In this document: piece after piece, positions 27,312-36,302 of the stretch
How the letters are laid out: every line of letters begins with the position of its first letter
Numbering within the stretch: the stretch's first letter is position 1
DNA from: Candidatus Daviesbacteria bacterium
GTDB lineage: Bacteria > Patescibacteriota > Microgenomatia > Daviesbacterales > UBA10151
DNA length: 64,000 nucleotides
Reading direction: 5' to 3'
Assembly (NCBI GenBank): GCA_016176465.1
Contig: JACOXD010000004.1
Span: 114,119 to 178,118 of the forward strand
The notes under the pieces: model-generated
Told to the model about the DNA's origin: nothing
The model's database searches: none
Seen by the model: only the letters and a program-made list of their open reading frames with translations
Made by a program: the position numbers and the translations under genes

Positions 27312-27843
27312 TTTATTTTCTCTTTAGGAACTTCTTGTCTTTCTTCACCAAAAATTTTGCTATTAAAATAATAGATGCTTTCTGGAATTATTTTGACAAA
27401 TAACCAACTGGGATTATCTATAAAAGGCTCATTTTGCTCTAAACTACCAACTCTACGATAATAAATTTTGTGCGCTTTTTTCTTTTCTTGCTGGTCTTTA
27501 AGAATATAAGCTTTTCCTTCTAGCTGAATACCTATTACATCTCCTTTTTGTTGTGTTGAATAAACTGCTACAGCTACTTTAGGATTTTTAGAAATATTTT
27601 GCATATGCCTTACATGAGACATTGAGATAAAATAAAGATTAAATTTGCTATCCCAAGCAAAGTACACTGGATTTGCCCAAACACTTCCATTATCAATAGT
27701 TGCTATACAACAATAGTCTGTTGATTTAAGACAATCTAATAAATATTTTCTCCAATTAAAATCTTTTATTTTAATAACTCCTTTAACATCTTTAAGCTTA
27801 TCTTGTCTGTAATAATACGATAACTTAAAATTTGTGTTTGCAT
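27308..27843 (-). CDS. Pyridoxamine 5'-phosphate oxidase-like FMN-binding protein (general stress protein 26-like). The N-terminus requires a -1 frameshift at the complement of 27763-27772.
   Basis: The track ORF (27308..27667) begins mid-domain at MYFAWDSKFNLYFIS. The upstream -1 frame encodes the missing strands: KDFNWRKYLLDCLKSTDYCCIATIDNGSVWANPVYFAWDS. The only ATG (complement of 27841-27843, 20 nt after the upstream gene) is in another frame and terminates at TAA inside the A-run TTA TTA AAA TAA AAG. Confidence 0.45.
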
Positions 27844-27863
27844 GAGGTTATTTTAAACACTCT

Positions 27864-29186
27864 TTATTCCTCACTTGGAGCAGGTAAGGGATTGATGTAT
27901 TTATCCAAAACTTGTTTAACACCTTGCTCTGTAGTTTGCAAAGCGTTTAGGGGATCTCTTCCTTCAAGTGTAGCATTAATTGCATCCTCATAGTATTTAA
28001 TCATCTCATCATTTATTCCCTGATCAAAGGTTCTTGATGCTAAATACCAGGATTTAAAGGTAGGCGCCTGTGCAACAAAAGCCCCTGCTATTGGATCATT
28101 GATTATCTCTTTTTGCAAGTCTACCCTCGAGTAAGGCTGACCGAATAATCTTGTCCTTGATGCTTCTTGATAAAGCAGTTTTTCAACCTCTTTGGAGGTT
28201 AGAAAATTTAAAAATTCCCAAGCTTTTTTTTGGTTTGATGATTTATTAGAAACTGCTAGTGCCCAATAAGTTGCCCAACCAATATTTCTGCCAGGCAAAT
28301 GAGGAACAGGAGCAGTTTTGAAATTTAACTCAGGATTAGCTACCCTTAACTCATGGGCTCTCCAAGAGGGGGCAAAATAAAATGCTAATTTTCCTGAAAA
28401 AAAAGCTTGGGTTGAGCCTTCCATCGCCACACTCCAAACTCTTTTTGCTGGATCTTCATTTTTAATAAAACTGGTATAAAACCTTAAAACGTCTGCGCCT
28501 GCTTTAGTGGCTGGTTTTTCTAAATTGGCATTTGGTTGCTGGGAAAAAAGTAACCCCACTATATCGCTCCAATGATCAACATTTGAAGTAGTTCCCATAG
28601 CAGCACCAGCTATTTGGATATTACTCTTCTCATCTTTAACAGTTAGTTTGGAAGCTGCATCCATAAACTCATCCCAGTTTTGGGGTATTTTTATATTTTT
28701 TTGGCTTAAAAGGTCTTCATTATAAAAAAGCGCTAATCCATCTACCTCTAAAGGCAGGGCATAAATTTGGTTATTTTTAATAAAATTATCAGTAGCGATT
28801 GGGTAGAAGGTTTTTTTGAACTGATCAATACTCATTAAATCCAAAGGTATTGCTGCTATAGTGCTTTTTTGTAAAAACATTGGTACCCAGCTATTGTGAA
28901 TCATTAAAATATCCGGCCCGTTTTCACTTTGTAGGATTTGAGTTTGTACCCTGGTTCGATAATTTACTGAGGATTGATGAGTATATTCAACTGTTACACT
29001 TGGATTTCTCTTCTGATATAAATCAATCGCCCCTTTTATCAAACTCTCATCTTCCCAAAGTCCCCAAACTTTTAAAGTCACTGGTTGATTCAAGTTAGAT
29101 GTTCCTTTTAGTAAATATCCAAACCGCCAAAAAAGTATTCCCAAAATTACACTAATTACTAAAACTACTATAATTATTATCTTCAT
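27864..29186 (-). CDS. ABC transporter extracellular solute-binding protein (family 1 sugar/oligosaccharide-type), membrane anchored
   Basis: An N-terminal TM helix, then about 400 aa typical of SBP_bac_1 (VWGLWEDE..., aromatic-rich binding cleft). Confidence 0.6.
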   Translation of the reverse strand: MKIIIIVVLVISVILGILFWRFGYLLKGTSNLNQPVTLKVWGLWEDESLIKGAIDLYQKRNPSVTVEYTHQSSVNYRTRVQTQILQSENGPDILMIHNSWVPMFLQKSTIAAIPLDLMSIDQFKKTFYPIATDNFIKNNQIYALPLEVDGLALFYNEDLLSQKNIKIPQNWDEFMDAASKLTVKDEKSNIQIAGAAMGTTSNVDHWSDIVGLLFSQQPNANLEKPATKAGADVLRFYTSFIKNEDPAKRVWSVAMEGSTQAFFSGKLAFYFAPSWRAHELRVANPELNFKTAPVPHLPGRNIGWATYWALAVSNKSSNQKKAWEFLNFLTSKEVEKLLYQEASRTRLFGQPYSRVDLQKEIINDPIAGAFVAQAPTFKSWYLASRTFDQGINDEMIKYYEDAINATLEGRDPLNALQTTEQGVKQVLDKYINPLPAPSEE

Positions 29187-29251
29187 TGAGTTTATTTATT
29201 ATAACTTAAATTTAGCATCATTTTTTCCTATTCTTATCTTTTTTTGTTAAA

Positions 29252-30997
29252 ATGTGGCCCATGAGTAAACTGAGAGTTATTATTTTTATAATCATAATTA
29301 GCCTTTTTTTAAGCTTTAAACTAATATTTTTAAATAAGATTTATCCCGGGGTAAAGGTGGCAAGCGTGGACTTAATGGGATTAACCAAGGCAGAAGCAAG
29401 AGAAAAAATTGAGAAAAAAATATTTAAAGATCGCGCCAAACTTTTATCATTTAAACAAAGCGAACAAAACTATCATATTGATTTATCAAAAGGGTTTATT
29501 ATTGAAAGCGATCAAGCAATAGATGAAGCATATCAGTTTGGTAGAACCAAATTTAGCTACCCGCCGCCAAATGTAAAAATCCATACAAATTTCAATAAAC
29601 AATTTGAAAGCAGTATTCAAAATATCGCTTTTGCAATTAATATCGAAGCGATTGATTCTCAATTAAAAGTTGACGATTCCCAAATTAATGTTACTCCATC
29701 TCAAGACGGATTGGTTTTGGATGAAGATGAACTAAAAGTAAAAATTACTAACTATCTAAATACTGGCTTGATTGATAATACTATTCCCACTAAAAAGAAA
29801 CTACCAAATTTGAACTATGAGCAGGCTTTATCTCTAAAGCAGTCTTTAGATGAGATTAAGCTCTCCCCCATTCAACTTAAATTTAAAGATAGGCTCTGGT
29901 TACTGGATTTAGAAACAGCGCTAAATTTAATAGATATTGAAAGTTCAAATCCTTCCTTAGCATCCTTAGTAATAAATGATCAAAATATCAATATCCCCAA
30001 AATTAAAGTAGGTAAAGAGGTTATTGAAGATCGAAAGATAGTTTTAAATCAAAAAGCCCTAGATGATTACTTAAATGAACTATCTTTAGACATCAACCAA
30101 GCAGTTGAGGAACCGCTATTTAACTTTGACGGAGTGAAAGTTGTGGAGTTTCGCCCACCCCTTGAGGGTAGAAAATTAAATAAAGATATTAGCGCATCTT
30201 TGATAACAAATGCTATTTTAGCTAAGCAAAAGCAAATTGAATTGCCTGTTGATATAACTTTACCTAAAAATAAACTAACTAATGATCTAGGTATTAAAGA
30301 GTTAGTTGGTAGAGGATTCTCAAACTTTGCTGGATCAATTCCCAATAGAGTGTTTAATATCTCTTTAGCTGCATCAAGAATTAACGGAGTTTTAATTGCA
30401 CCTAATGAGGAGTTTTCTTTTAATAAAACAGTCGGTGATATATCAAGCGCATCTGGTTATAAACAAGCTTATGTTATTAAATCAGGCAGAACTGTTTTAG
30501 ATGATGGAGGGGGTGTATGCCAAGTATCAACCACACTTTTTAGAACTGTTCTAAATTCAGGATTACCGGTAATAGCAAGAACAGCACATGCATATAGAGT
30601 AGGTTACTATGAGCAAGGATTCCCTCCAGGACTTGATGCAACTATTTTTTCACCTAATGTTGACTTTAAATTTAAAAATGACACAAGCCATCACATTCTG
30701 ATTCAGGCTTATATAATAGGAAACTCTTTATATATAGATTTTTACGGTACAAAAGATGGTAGGGTCGCTAAAATCTCAACTCCTGTAGTTACTAACCAAA
30801 CTCCTCCACCACCAGAGTTAAGACAAGATGATCCAACCCTACCTAAAGGAGTGGTAAAACAAGTAGATTTTGCAGCCTGGGGAGCAAATGTAGTATTTTC
30901 AAGAACAGTTATAAGAAATGGTGAGACTATAATTAATGAGTCATTTAGATCAAACTTCCGCCCATGGCAAGCAGTCTACCTTGTAGGAACTCAATAA
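29252..30997 (+). CDS. VanW-family protein with an N-terminal TM helix
   Basis: The C-terminal VanW signature region GGGVCQVSTTLFRTVLNSGLPVIARTAHAYRVGYY. Confidence 0.6.
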   Translation: MWPMSKLRVIIFIIIISLFLSFKLIFLNKIYPGVKVASVDLMGLTKAEAREKIEKKIFKDRAKLLSFKQSEQNYHIDLSKGFIIESDQAIDEAYQFGRTKFSYPPPNVKIHTNFNKQFESSIQNIAFAINIEAIDSQLKVDDSQINVTPSQDGLVLDEDELKVKITNYLNTGLIDNTIPTKKKLPNLNYEQALSLKQSLDEIKLSPIQLKFKDRLWLLDLETALNLIDIESSNPSLASLVINDQNINIPKIKVGKEVIEDRKIVLNQKALDDYLNELSLDINQAVEEPLFNFDGVKVVEFRPPLEGRKLNKDISASLITNAILAKQKQIELPVDITLPKNKLTNDLGIKELVGRGFSNFAGSIPNRVFNISLAASRINGVLIAPNEEFSFNKTVGDISSASGYKQAYVIKSGRTVLDDGGGVCQVSTTLFRTVLNSGLPVIARTAHAYRVGYYEQGFPPGLDATIFSPNVDFKFKNDTSHHILIQAYIIGNSLYIDFYGTKDGRVAKISTPVVTNQTPPPPELRQDDPTLPKGVVKQVDFAAWGANVVFSRTVIRNGETIINESFRSNFRPWQAVYLVGTQ

Positions 30998-31004
30998 GTT
31001 AGCT

Positions 31005-31427
31005 TTACTCAGAAATGTTAAATTTATTTTCAAGAAAACATCGAATTAAATTTTTAGTGGCGGGAAATAGGTTTTGAGGAATCTTTTTGATATCTACCCA
31101 TTGCCATTTTTCCCAATCTTTAGGTTTGAGCAGTTTTATTTTACCTTTAATATTTGCTATTAACCCAATACCGATATAATGATTATTGAACTCATAATTT
31201 GCGTTCACTGAGATAATTTTGTAATTTATTACTTTGCAACCTATCTCTTCTTTAATATTCCTTTTGACAGCCTCACCAATACTTTCGTTGAACTTTAAAT
31301 CTCTTCCCGGAACCCCATAAACTTGTGTATTTTGATATAGCCACTCTTTGGTCAGAAAACCAAGCAATACTTTATTGCCTTTCTTAACCAAAATATCAAC
31401 ATTAACTCTTGGGAGCTTGGGGCTCAT
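31005..31427 (-). CDS. NUDIX hydrolase
   Basis: A Nudix-box-like segment GVPGRDLKFNESIGEAVKRNIKEEIGC (a variant of Gx5Ex7REuxEExGu). Confidence 0.5.
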   Translation of the reverse strand: MSPKLPRVNVDILVKKGNKVLLGFLTKEWLYQNTQVYGVPGRDLKFNESIGEAVKRNIKEEIGCKVINYKIISVNANYEFNNHYIGIGLIANIKGKIKLLKPKDWEKWQWVDIKKIPQNLFPATKNLIRCFLENKFNISE

Positions 31428-31470
31428 AATTTTTCACCTCTTTCCTTTTAGATTTTTATATCTGCATACC

Positions 31471-31887
31471 TTACCAATCGCAATAAAGTGATGTTGTATC
31501 GAGTTTTGGACTCTGATCATGCTGCGGACTTTCCGTTGTTACAACCTCTAAGTGCTCAACTAAAGACCTAGCCACCCCAAAAGGCAACTCTGCTAGATCT
31601 TGTTGATGGGCAATTGGTCTATAGGCAATAGGTCTGGTCGAATCTTGTGGAACTTCTCCAACTCCAAGTACACAATTTGTGACTTCTGTTAAAACTAGAG
31701 GCTGATTTGGGTCGCTAGCTAATCCTCTTGGATATCTAAAAAGCCAAACCACTGCACTGTATCTTCTACCATCTGCGCTAAACTCACCTAAATTTATAGA
31801 TCCTAAAAGACTTCTTGGCTCTTCAAAACTCAAAAAAGTCCTAGCTCCTTCTAGTTTTCCGAATAATTCTTCTATTTCACTTACCAT
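31471..31887 (-). CDS. Hypothetical protein (138 aa) in a region of elevated GC
   Basis: An intact ORF with the SD AAGGGGG 6 nt upstream. It has no recognisable motifs. An intrinsic terminator lies immediately upstream of it. Confidence 0.35.
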   Translation of the reverse strand: MVSEIEELFGKLEGARTFLSFEEPRSLLGSINLGEFSADGRRYSAVVWLFRYPRGLASDPNQPLVLTEVTNCVLGVGEVPQDSTRPIAYRPIAHQQDLAELPFGVARSLVEHLEVVTTESPQHDQSPKLDTTSLYCDW

Positions 31888-31911
31888 TTATTTACCCCCT
31901 TTCAAAACATA

Positions 31912-31938
31912 AAAAAACCTCTCCTTTAAGGAGAGGCA
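31912..31938 (-). terminator. Rho-independent terminator (perfect 9-bp stem CCTCTCCTT/AAGGAGAGG followed by T7) on the minus strand
   Basis: Minus-strand sequence GCCTCTCCTTAAAGGAGAGGTTTTTTTATG. It sits 25 nt upstream of the start of ORF 31471..31887, in the geometry of an attenuator or the end of a small RNA. Confidence 0.55.
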
Positions 31939-32110
31939 TAAAAAAATTGTTTTCCTTCGATTTCTCTCAGGACTAATCCTTCCCTTACAGGGTTGGGTTT
32001 AGCACCTTAGTTTACTGCTAGGTTGCTGGATGGATCATCAGGCCAAATCCTGCGTCCTTCATAGCTTTACGCAAAGAAGGATCTCCCCATCACTCTTGAT
32101 TTATTTAAAT
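31939..32110 (-). ncRNA. Candidate structured RNA or riboswitch-like leader (unclassified)
   Basis: A non-coding tract of about 170 nt with GC content well above background and multiple internal complementary segments (ATCCT..CCTTC / GAAGGATC, CTTTGCGTAAAG, GGTGCTAAACC..). It ends at the intrinsic terminator. The class could not be assigned by eye (not obviously tRNA, tmRNA or RNase P). Confidence 0.3.
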
Positions 32111-32164
32111 ATATAAAATAATCTTACATCTAGTTATTTATTCTGTCAAACTAAACTTAATTTC

Positions 32165-32725
32165 ATGAGATTTTTTATTGCTTTAGAAATCCCTGAGGAA
32201 AGTAAGCAAGAGCTAAAGGTTATCCAATCTCAGATTAAAGAAATTATTCCTCAAGTTAGGTTAACCGATAATGATAAGCTACATTTAACCATTACCTTTA
32301 TTGGTGAGCAACCGGAGAATCTTAAAGATAAATTAATAGAGCTTATCAATAATTCTGTTGTTGATATTTCACCCTTTATCGTAACTCCAGCACTTATAGA
32401 TGGATTTCCCAATATTCACAATCCTAAAATTTTATGGATTGGTATTAAAGGAGATATAGATAAAATACTTTTAATCAGGGAGCGGATAAAAGATAGTTTA
32501 GCTAGTTTAAATTTAGATGTGGATATCAGAAGATTCATTCCTCATATCGCTGTAGCAAAAGTTACAAATTTTAAAATTTCTAAGCTGCAGGAAGCTCAAA
32601 TACAAAAAATTATGCAAAAAGAGTTTGAACCAATTAAAGTAAAATCAATTAAACTTTTTGAATCAGTACCTAATCTGGGTTTTCACAAACATAATACCTT
32701 AGCAGAAATCTTTTTAACCTCTTAA
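32165..32725 (+). CDS. 2'-5' RNA ligase / 2H phosphoesterase (LigT/ThpR family)
   Basis: Two H-x-T/S-x motifs (HLTITF and HIAVAK) about 80 aa apart in a 186-aa protein. Confidence 0.55.
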   Translation: MRFFIALEIPEESKQELKVIQSQIKEIIPQVRLTDNDKLHLTITFIGEQPENLKDKLIELINNSVVDISPFIVTPALIDGFPNIHNPKILWIGIKGDIDKILLIRERIKDSLASLNLDVDIRRFIPHIAVAKVTNFKISKLQEAQIQKIMQKEFEPIKVKSIKLFESVPNLGFHKHNTLAEIFLTS

Positions 32726-32774
32726 ATTTGCTTTAATTTGCTTGCTAGTTGTATAATATGTCTTATAGTAATAT

Positions 32775-34196
32775 ATGTCTATATACACTCTGGAAAGTGA
32801 AAGAGCTTCACCCTACAACCGAGTAGGGAAAGACCCCTTAAGGTATTTTAAAGATTTAAGTTTGGCTGTTTTAGATCAGTTGATCACCCCCGAGGGAATT
32901 TTCGCCTCTACTTTTAAAGGCCATGAGGGTATCTTTTATGGTAGATTCCGAAGAGACAGTGCAAAAATTGCCAAATTCGTCTTAGCAGCCCTGCCTAATC
33001 ATTCAGCAAAACTTATTTCCAACACTGTGGATGGATTTTTATGGTTAGATCAATTTCGAGGTAAACAAAACGTTTCCAAACGAGGGGAGGAACAAGATAA
33101 AGAACCTCATGAAGTCCGCTCCCCAGGGTACTATGATCATTTAACAACTGGTAGGGTAAATCAAAGACAAAAACCTTTTTTTGTTGATAAAAGCAGCGGA
33201 TTTATGATTAACTGGGATAGTGTTGATGCTACCCCTTTAGCCGGTTTAATTAGGTGTGAATTTTTGAATTTAGGATTGGTTGATCCCAATGAACAAATCC
33301 CACTTTTAAAAAAAAGCTTAGAATGGTCCTTAAGAAATCTCCACGAAAGTAGTGGATTTCCCGGTTTTGCTTATAATCCCAGGCGTCCTTATGCTTGTTT
33401 GCCTAATCAACATTGGGCAGATAGTGAATTTACAATGTATCATCGTGATGGCCGCCCCGCTGCTTACCCTCGCAAACCTGTTGAAGTGGCAGGTTATACC
33501 TGGGCATTTTTTCTCCATGGGGCGGACCAGCTAGATCGAGAAAACCACCAACATACAGACCATGCTTTTGCAAAAAAATTAAGAGTTGTGGCAGCTGACC
33601 TTAAGAAAAGATTTAATAGTCCGCAAGGATTTTTAATGCCTGATAATAAAGTCGGAGCATACTTTGCTGAGTTTATAGATGGAAATGGGCAGCAAGGAAC
33701 TAATGTTACTTCTCAAGTAGGTTTGGGAATGAGTTTTACCTATCAAGGTGAGTCAATAGTTGAGGAGAGATATCTAGCTTCAACTGTGGCAAGAATTATG
33801 CAACCTGATCTATTTGATCCAACTGCAGGTCTGAGAATTTATAGTAATGAAGAAAGTACTACTTTTGATCCAGATGGCTATCATAGCTCATCCGATACTT
33901 ACTGGCCTTTTGAACCTCCTTTAGTAGCAATCGGTTTTGAGCAATTACAATTTGAGTCAGAGGCTAAAAATTTAATGCTTTCAATTTTTCCTCCAATTAC
34001 CCATTTTGGTTGTTGTATAGAGCAATTTCGCGTGAGAAATGGAATTTATGATCGCTTTAGGAACTCCCAAACTGGTCAAACCAGCTCTACTGATCAAGGA
34101 TGGACAGCCGCTGGTTTATATTATGCTGCTACCCATCCTTTGGTCAGAGAGTTTTTTGCTTCCTTAAGACCCCAACCTCACCTCTTTGTTGCTTAA
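32775..34196 (+). CDS. Hypothetical protein (473 aa), possibly an (alpha/alpha)6-barrel glycoside hydrolase-like enzyme, in a region of elevated GC
   Basis: A Trp/Tyr-rich composition (WADSEF, GYTWAFFLHGADQ, DTYWPFEPPL) reminiscent of six-hairpin glycosidases. No firm motif assignment. Confidence 0.3.
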   Translation: MSIYTLESERASPYNRVGKDPLRYFKDLSLAVLDQLITPEGIFASTFKGHEGIFYGRFRRDSAKIAKFVLAALPNHSAKLISNTVDGFLWLDQFRGKQNVSKRGEEQDKEPHEVRSPGYYDHLTTGRVNQRQKPFFVDKSSGFMINWDSVDATPLAGLIRCEFLNLGLVDPNEQIPLLKKSLEWSLRNLHESSGFPGFAYNPRRPYACLPNQHWADSEFTMYHRDGRPAAYPRKPVEVAGYTWAFFLHGADQLDRENHQHTDHAFAKKLRVVAADLKKRFNSPQGFLMPDNKVGAYFAEFIDGNGQQGTNVTSQVGLGMSFTYQGESIVEERYLASTVARIMQPDLFDPTAGLRIYSNEESTTFDPDGYHSSSDTYWPFEPPLVAIGFEQLQFESEAKNLMLSIFPPITHFGCCIEQFRVRNGIYDRFRNSQTGQTSSTDQGWTAAGLYYAATHPLVREFFASLRPQPHLFVA

Positions 34197-34232
34197 CTTG
34201 CTAATTTAGATACCCTTTTTTAGAATTACTCC

Positions 34233-35396
34233 ATGAATAAATTTAAATTAATTTTAGGGATTGAGACATCTTGTGATGAAACAGCAGCTGCAATACTAAA
34301 AAAGGATGAAGGTCAGATTACTATTTTATCTAATATTGTTGCCTCTTCAGCTAAATTACAAGAAAAATATGGAGGAATTATTCCAGAACAGGCTGCTAGA
34401 GAACAGATTAAAGCTATCATTCCTGTTATTACTGAAGCGCTTAAAAAGGCACGAGTAACAAGTGATAAGTTAGATGCCATAGCAGTTACCCAAGGACCTG
34501 GTTTAATAGGTTCCTTGCTAGTAGGGGTCGAAACAGCTAAAGTTTTAAGTTTAATTTGGGAAAAACCTTTAATTCCTATAAATCATTTATTAGGACATTT
34601 TTATGCAAATTGGATAGCGACGGAGGGTGACAGGGAGGAGAGATCTCGGCGCACCCCCGCAGCGAAGTTGTTACGAGACGAGGAGGTACGACGAGAAACC
34701 GAGCTGGCAGGACCCCCAAGCGTACCAGAGTTCCCCTATCTTGGACTTTTAGTCTCTGGTGGCCATACAGATTTAGTTTTATTTAAAAATCACAATGAAT
34801 ATGACTACCTAGGTGGAACAAGGGATGATGCAGCTGGTGAATGCTTTGATAAATGCGCCAGGTTACTGGGATTTCCCTATCCTGGTGGACCAAAGATTTC
34901 TAAACTGGCAGAGAATGGAAATCCCAAGGCTTTTAAATTCCCAAGACCTATGGAAAAATCTAATGATTTTGATTTTTCTTTTTCCGGCTTAAAGACTTCT
35001 TTTGCTAATTTAGTTAATAGTTCAGAGTTTAAAGTTCAGAGTAAAAAATCAATAAGCTACAAACTCAAAGCGAAGCGTACTCATAACTTAGTCTCTGACT
35101 TAGCTGCATCTTTGGAACAAGCCATTATTGATTCACTCATTACTAAAACCATTAAAGCTGCTCAAAAATATAACATTAAACAAATCATTATTGCAGGAGG
35201 AGTTGCTGCTAATAAAAAACTAATTTCAGAGTTACAATTAGCTATTAACAATGAACTATTAACTATTAAACTCTTTGTTCCTCCACCCTATCTTTGTACA
35301 GATAACGCTGCAATGATTGCCTCCCGTGCTTTTTTTGAAAAAGAGATTAAAGATCCTATATCTTTACAAGCAGATCCAAATTTATCCTTAGCTTGA
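34233..35396 (+). CDS. tsaD: tRNA N6-adenosine threonylcarbamoyltransferase TsaD (Kae1/Gcp family), with a 35-aa in-frame insertion
   Basis: LGIETSCDETAAAI, the HLLGH metal-binding motif, and LVSGGHT. A GC-rich segment at 34612-34722 (ATEGDREERSRRTPAAKLLRDEEVRRETELAGPP) lies between the two conserved motifs and is homologous to the murB insert. Confidence 0.8.
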   Translation: MNKFKLILGIETSCDETAAAILKKDEGQITILSNIVASSAKLQEKYGGIIPEQAAREQIKAIIPVITEALKKARVTSDKLDAIAVTQGPGLIGSLLVGVETAKVLSLIWEKPLIPINHLLGHFYANWIATEGDREERSRRTPAAKLLRDEEVRRETELAGPPSVPEFPYLGLLVSGGHTDLVLFKNHNEYDYLGGTRDDAAGECFDKCARLLGFPYPGGPKISKLAENGNPKAFKFPRPMEKSNDFDFSFSGLKTSFANLVNSSEFKVQSKKSISYKLKAKRTHNLVSDLAASLEQAIIDSLITKTIKAAQKYNIKQIIIAGGVAANKKLISELQLAINNELLTIKLFVPPPYLCTDNAAMIASRAFFEKEIKDPISLQADPNLSLA

Positions 35397-35432
35397 CAAG
35401 CAATTCTCTTTAATATACTCTATAGGATTGAT

Positions 35433-35972
35433 ATGGCAAGAAGAAATCCAGAAGGTTTTTCAGAAATAGCCTCAGCTGCATTTGTGACAAATTATGAGGT
35501 TATGCTTGGGATAGCATATAGGCTGGTTTCAAACCCTGAACGAGTTGACGATTTATTACAGAACACAGCCTTAAGAGTACGGCATACTTTAGATCCTACA
35601 CGCTCTCCTCGATCCTATTTAGCTAGAGCTATTAAACTTCAATATTGGGACGAAGGAAGAATTCTTCTAAGAGAAGGTCGCTACCTTGATCCCACTCCTT
35701 TGGAAGATTTAGTAAACTTGCCAGATCAAACTCCATCCCCAGAACAGCAGCTTTTACAAGCAGAAAGAAGGGCAATATTAGATAAATTAATTAATTCGTT
35801 ACCCAGCAAGCAAAGGAGGCTTTTGGAATTAGCAAGAATTGGCTTAAGTCAACCAGAAATAGCTGATGCTACTCATCTCCCTTTGGGGACAGTAAAGTCA
35901 AGAATCCGCTCAGCCATACAGCACATGTCTACCCACCCAGCAGTAAGAAAATATTTGGAGCAAACCACCTAA
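35433..35972 (+). CDS. Sigma-70-family (ECF-like) factor or HTH regulator
   Basis: The C-terminal region-4-like HTH LPSKQRRLLELARIGLSQPEIADATHLPLGTVKSRIRSA. The N-terminal part is a weak match to region 2. Confidence 0.4.
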   Translation: MARRNPEGFSEIASAAFVTNYEVMLGIAYRLVSNPERVDDLLQNTALRVRHTLDPTRSPRSYLARAIKLQYWDEGRILLREGRYLDPTPLEDLVNLPDQTPSPEQQLLQAERRAILDKLINSLPSKQRRLLELARIGLSQPEIADATHLPLGTVKSRIRSAIQHMSTHPAVRKYLEQTT

Positions 35973-36044
35973 TAATTCTAACTTGATTTTTGCTAAAATA
36001 TTTGAAGACTTAAAGATACATGAATAAAGTAGCGGAGGATTAAT

Positions 36045-36302
36045 ATGTCTGAATTTGAAGGACCATGGGATATTGAAATGGAAAAAATTTGGGAGCAATA
36101 CAAAGGTCAAAGGACTCCAGATGTACCAACAAACAGGTATTTAGAATTTGGAGAAGATGGTCAACCCTTAGAAGATTACAGGCTCAATCAGCTACCTCCA
36201 ACAGCCCAATATATTTCTAAGCAGCCAAATAGACTTAAGATATTTGCTACTTTCCCTTACCATGTAGTTACCCAAGCAAATTTAGAAGGCAGAAATGGAT
36301 AA
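36045..36302 (+). CDS. Small hypothetical protein downstream of the sigma-like gene
   Basis: 85 aa, overlapping the valS start by 8 nt. It could be an anti-sigma-like partner, but there is no motif support. Confidence 0.2.
   Translation: MSEFEGPWDIEMEKIWEQYKGQRTPDVPTNRYLEFGEDGQPLEDYRLNQLPPTAQYISKQPNRLKIFATFPYHVVTQANLEGRNG

Noticed and set aside
31939-32110. Assignment of the structured region to TPP riboswitch, SRP RNA, tmRNA or RNase P RNA
   Set aside because: Partial motif resemblances (CTGAGA, GGAAAGTCC-like) are in the wrong order or context, so I could not support any specific family without a covariance-model search.
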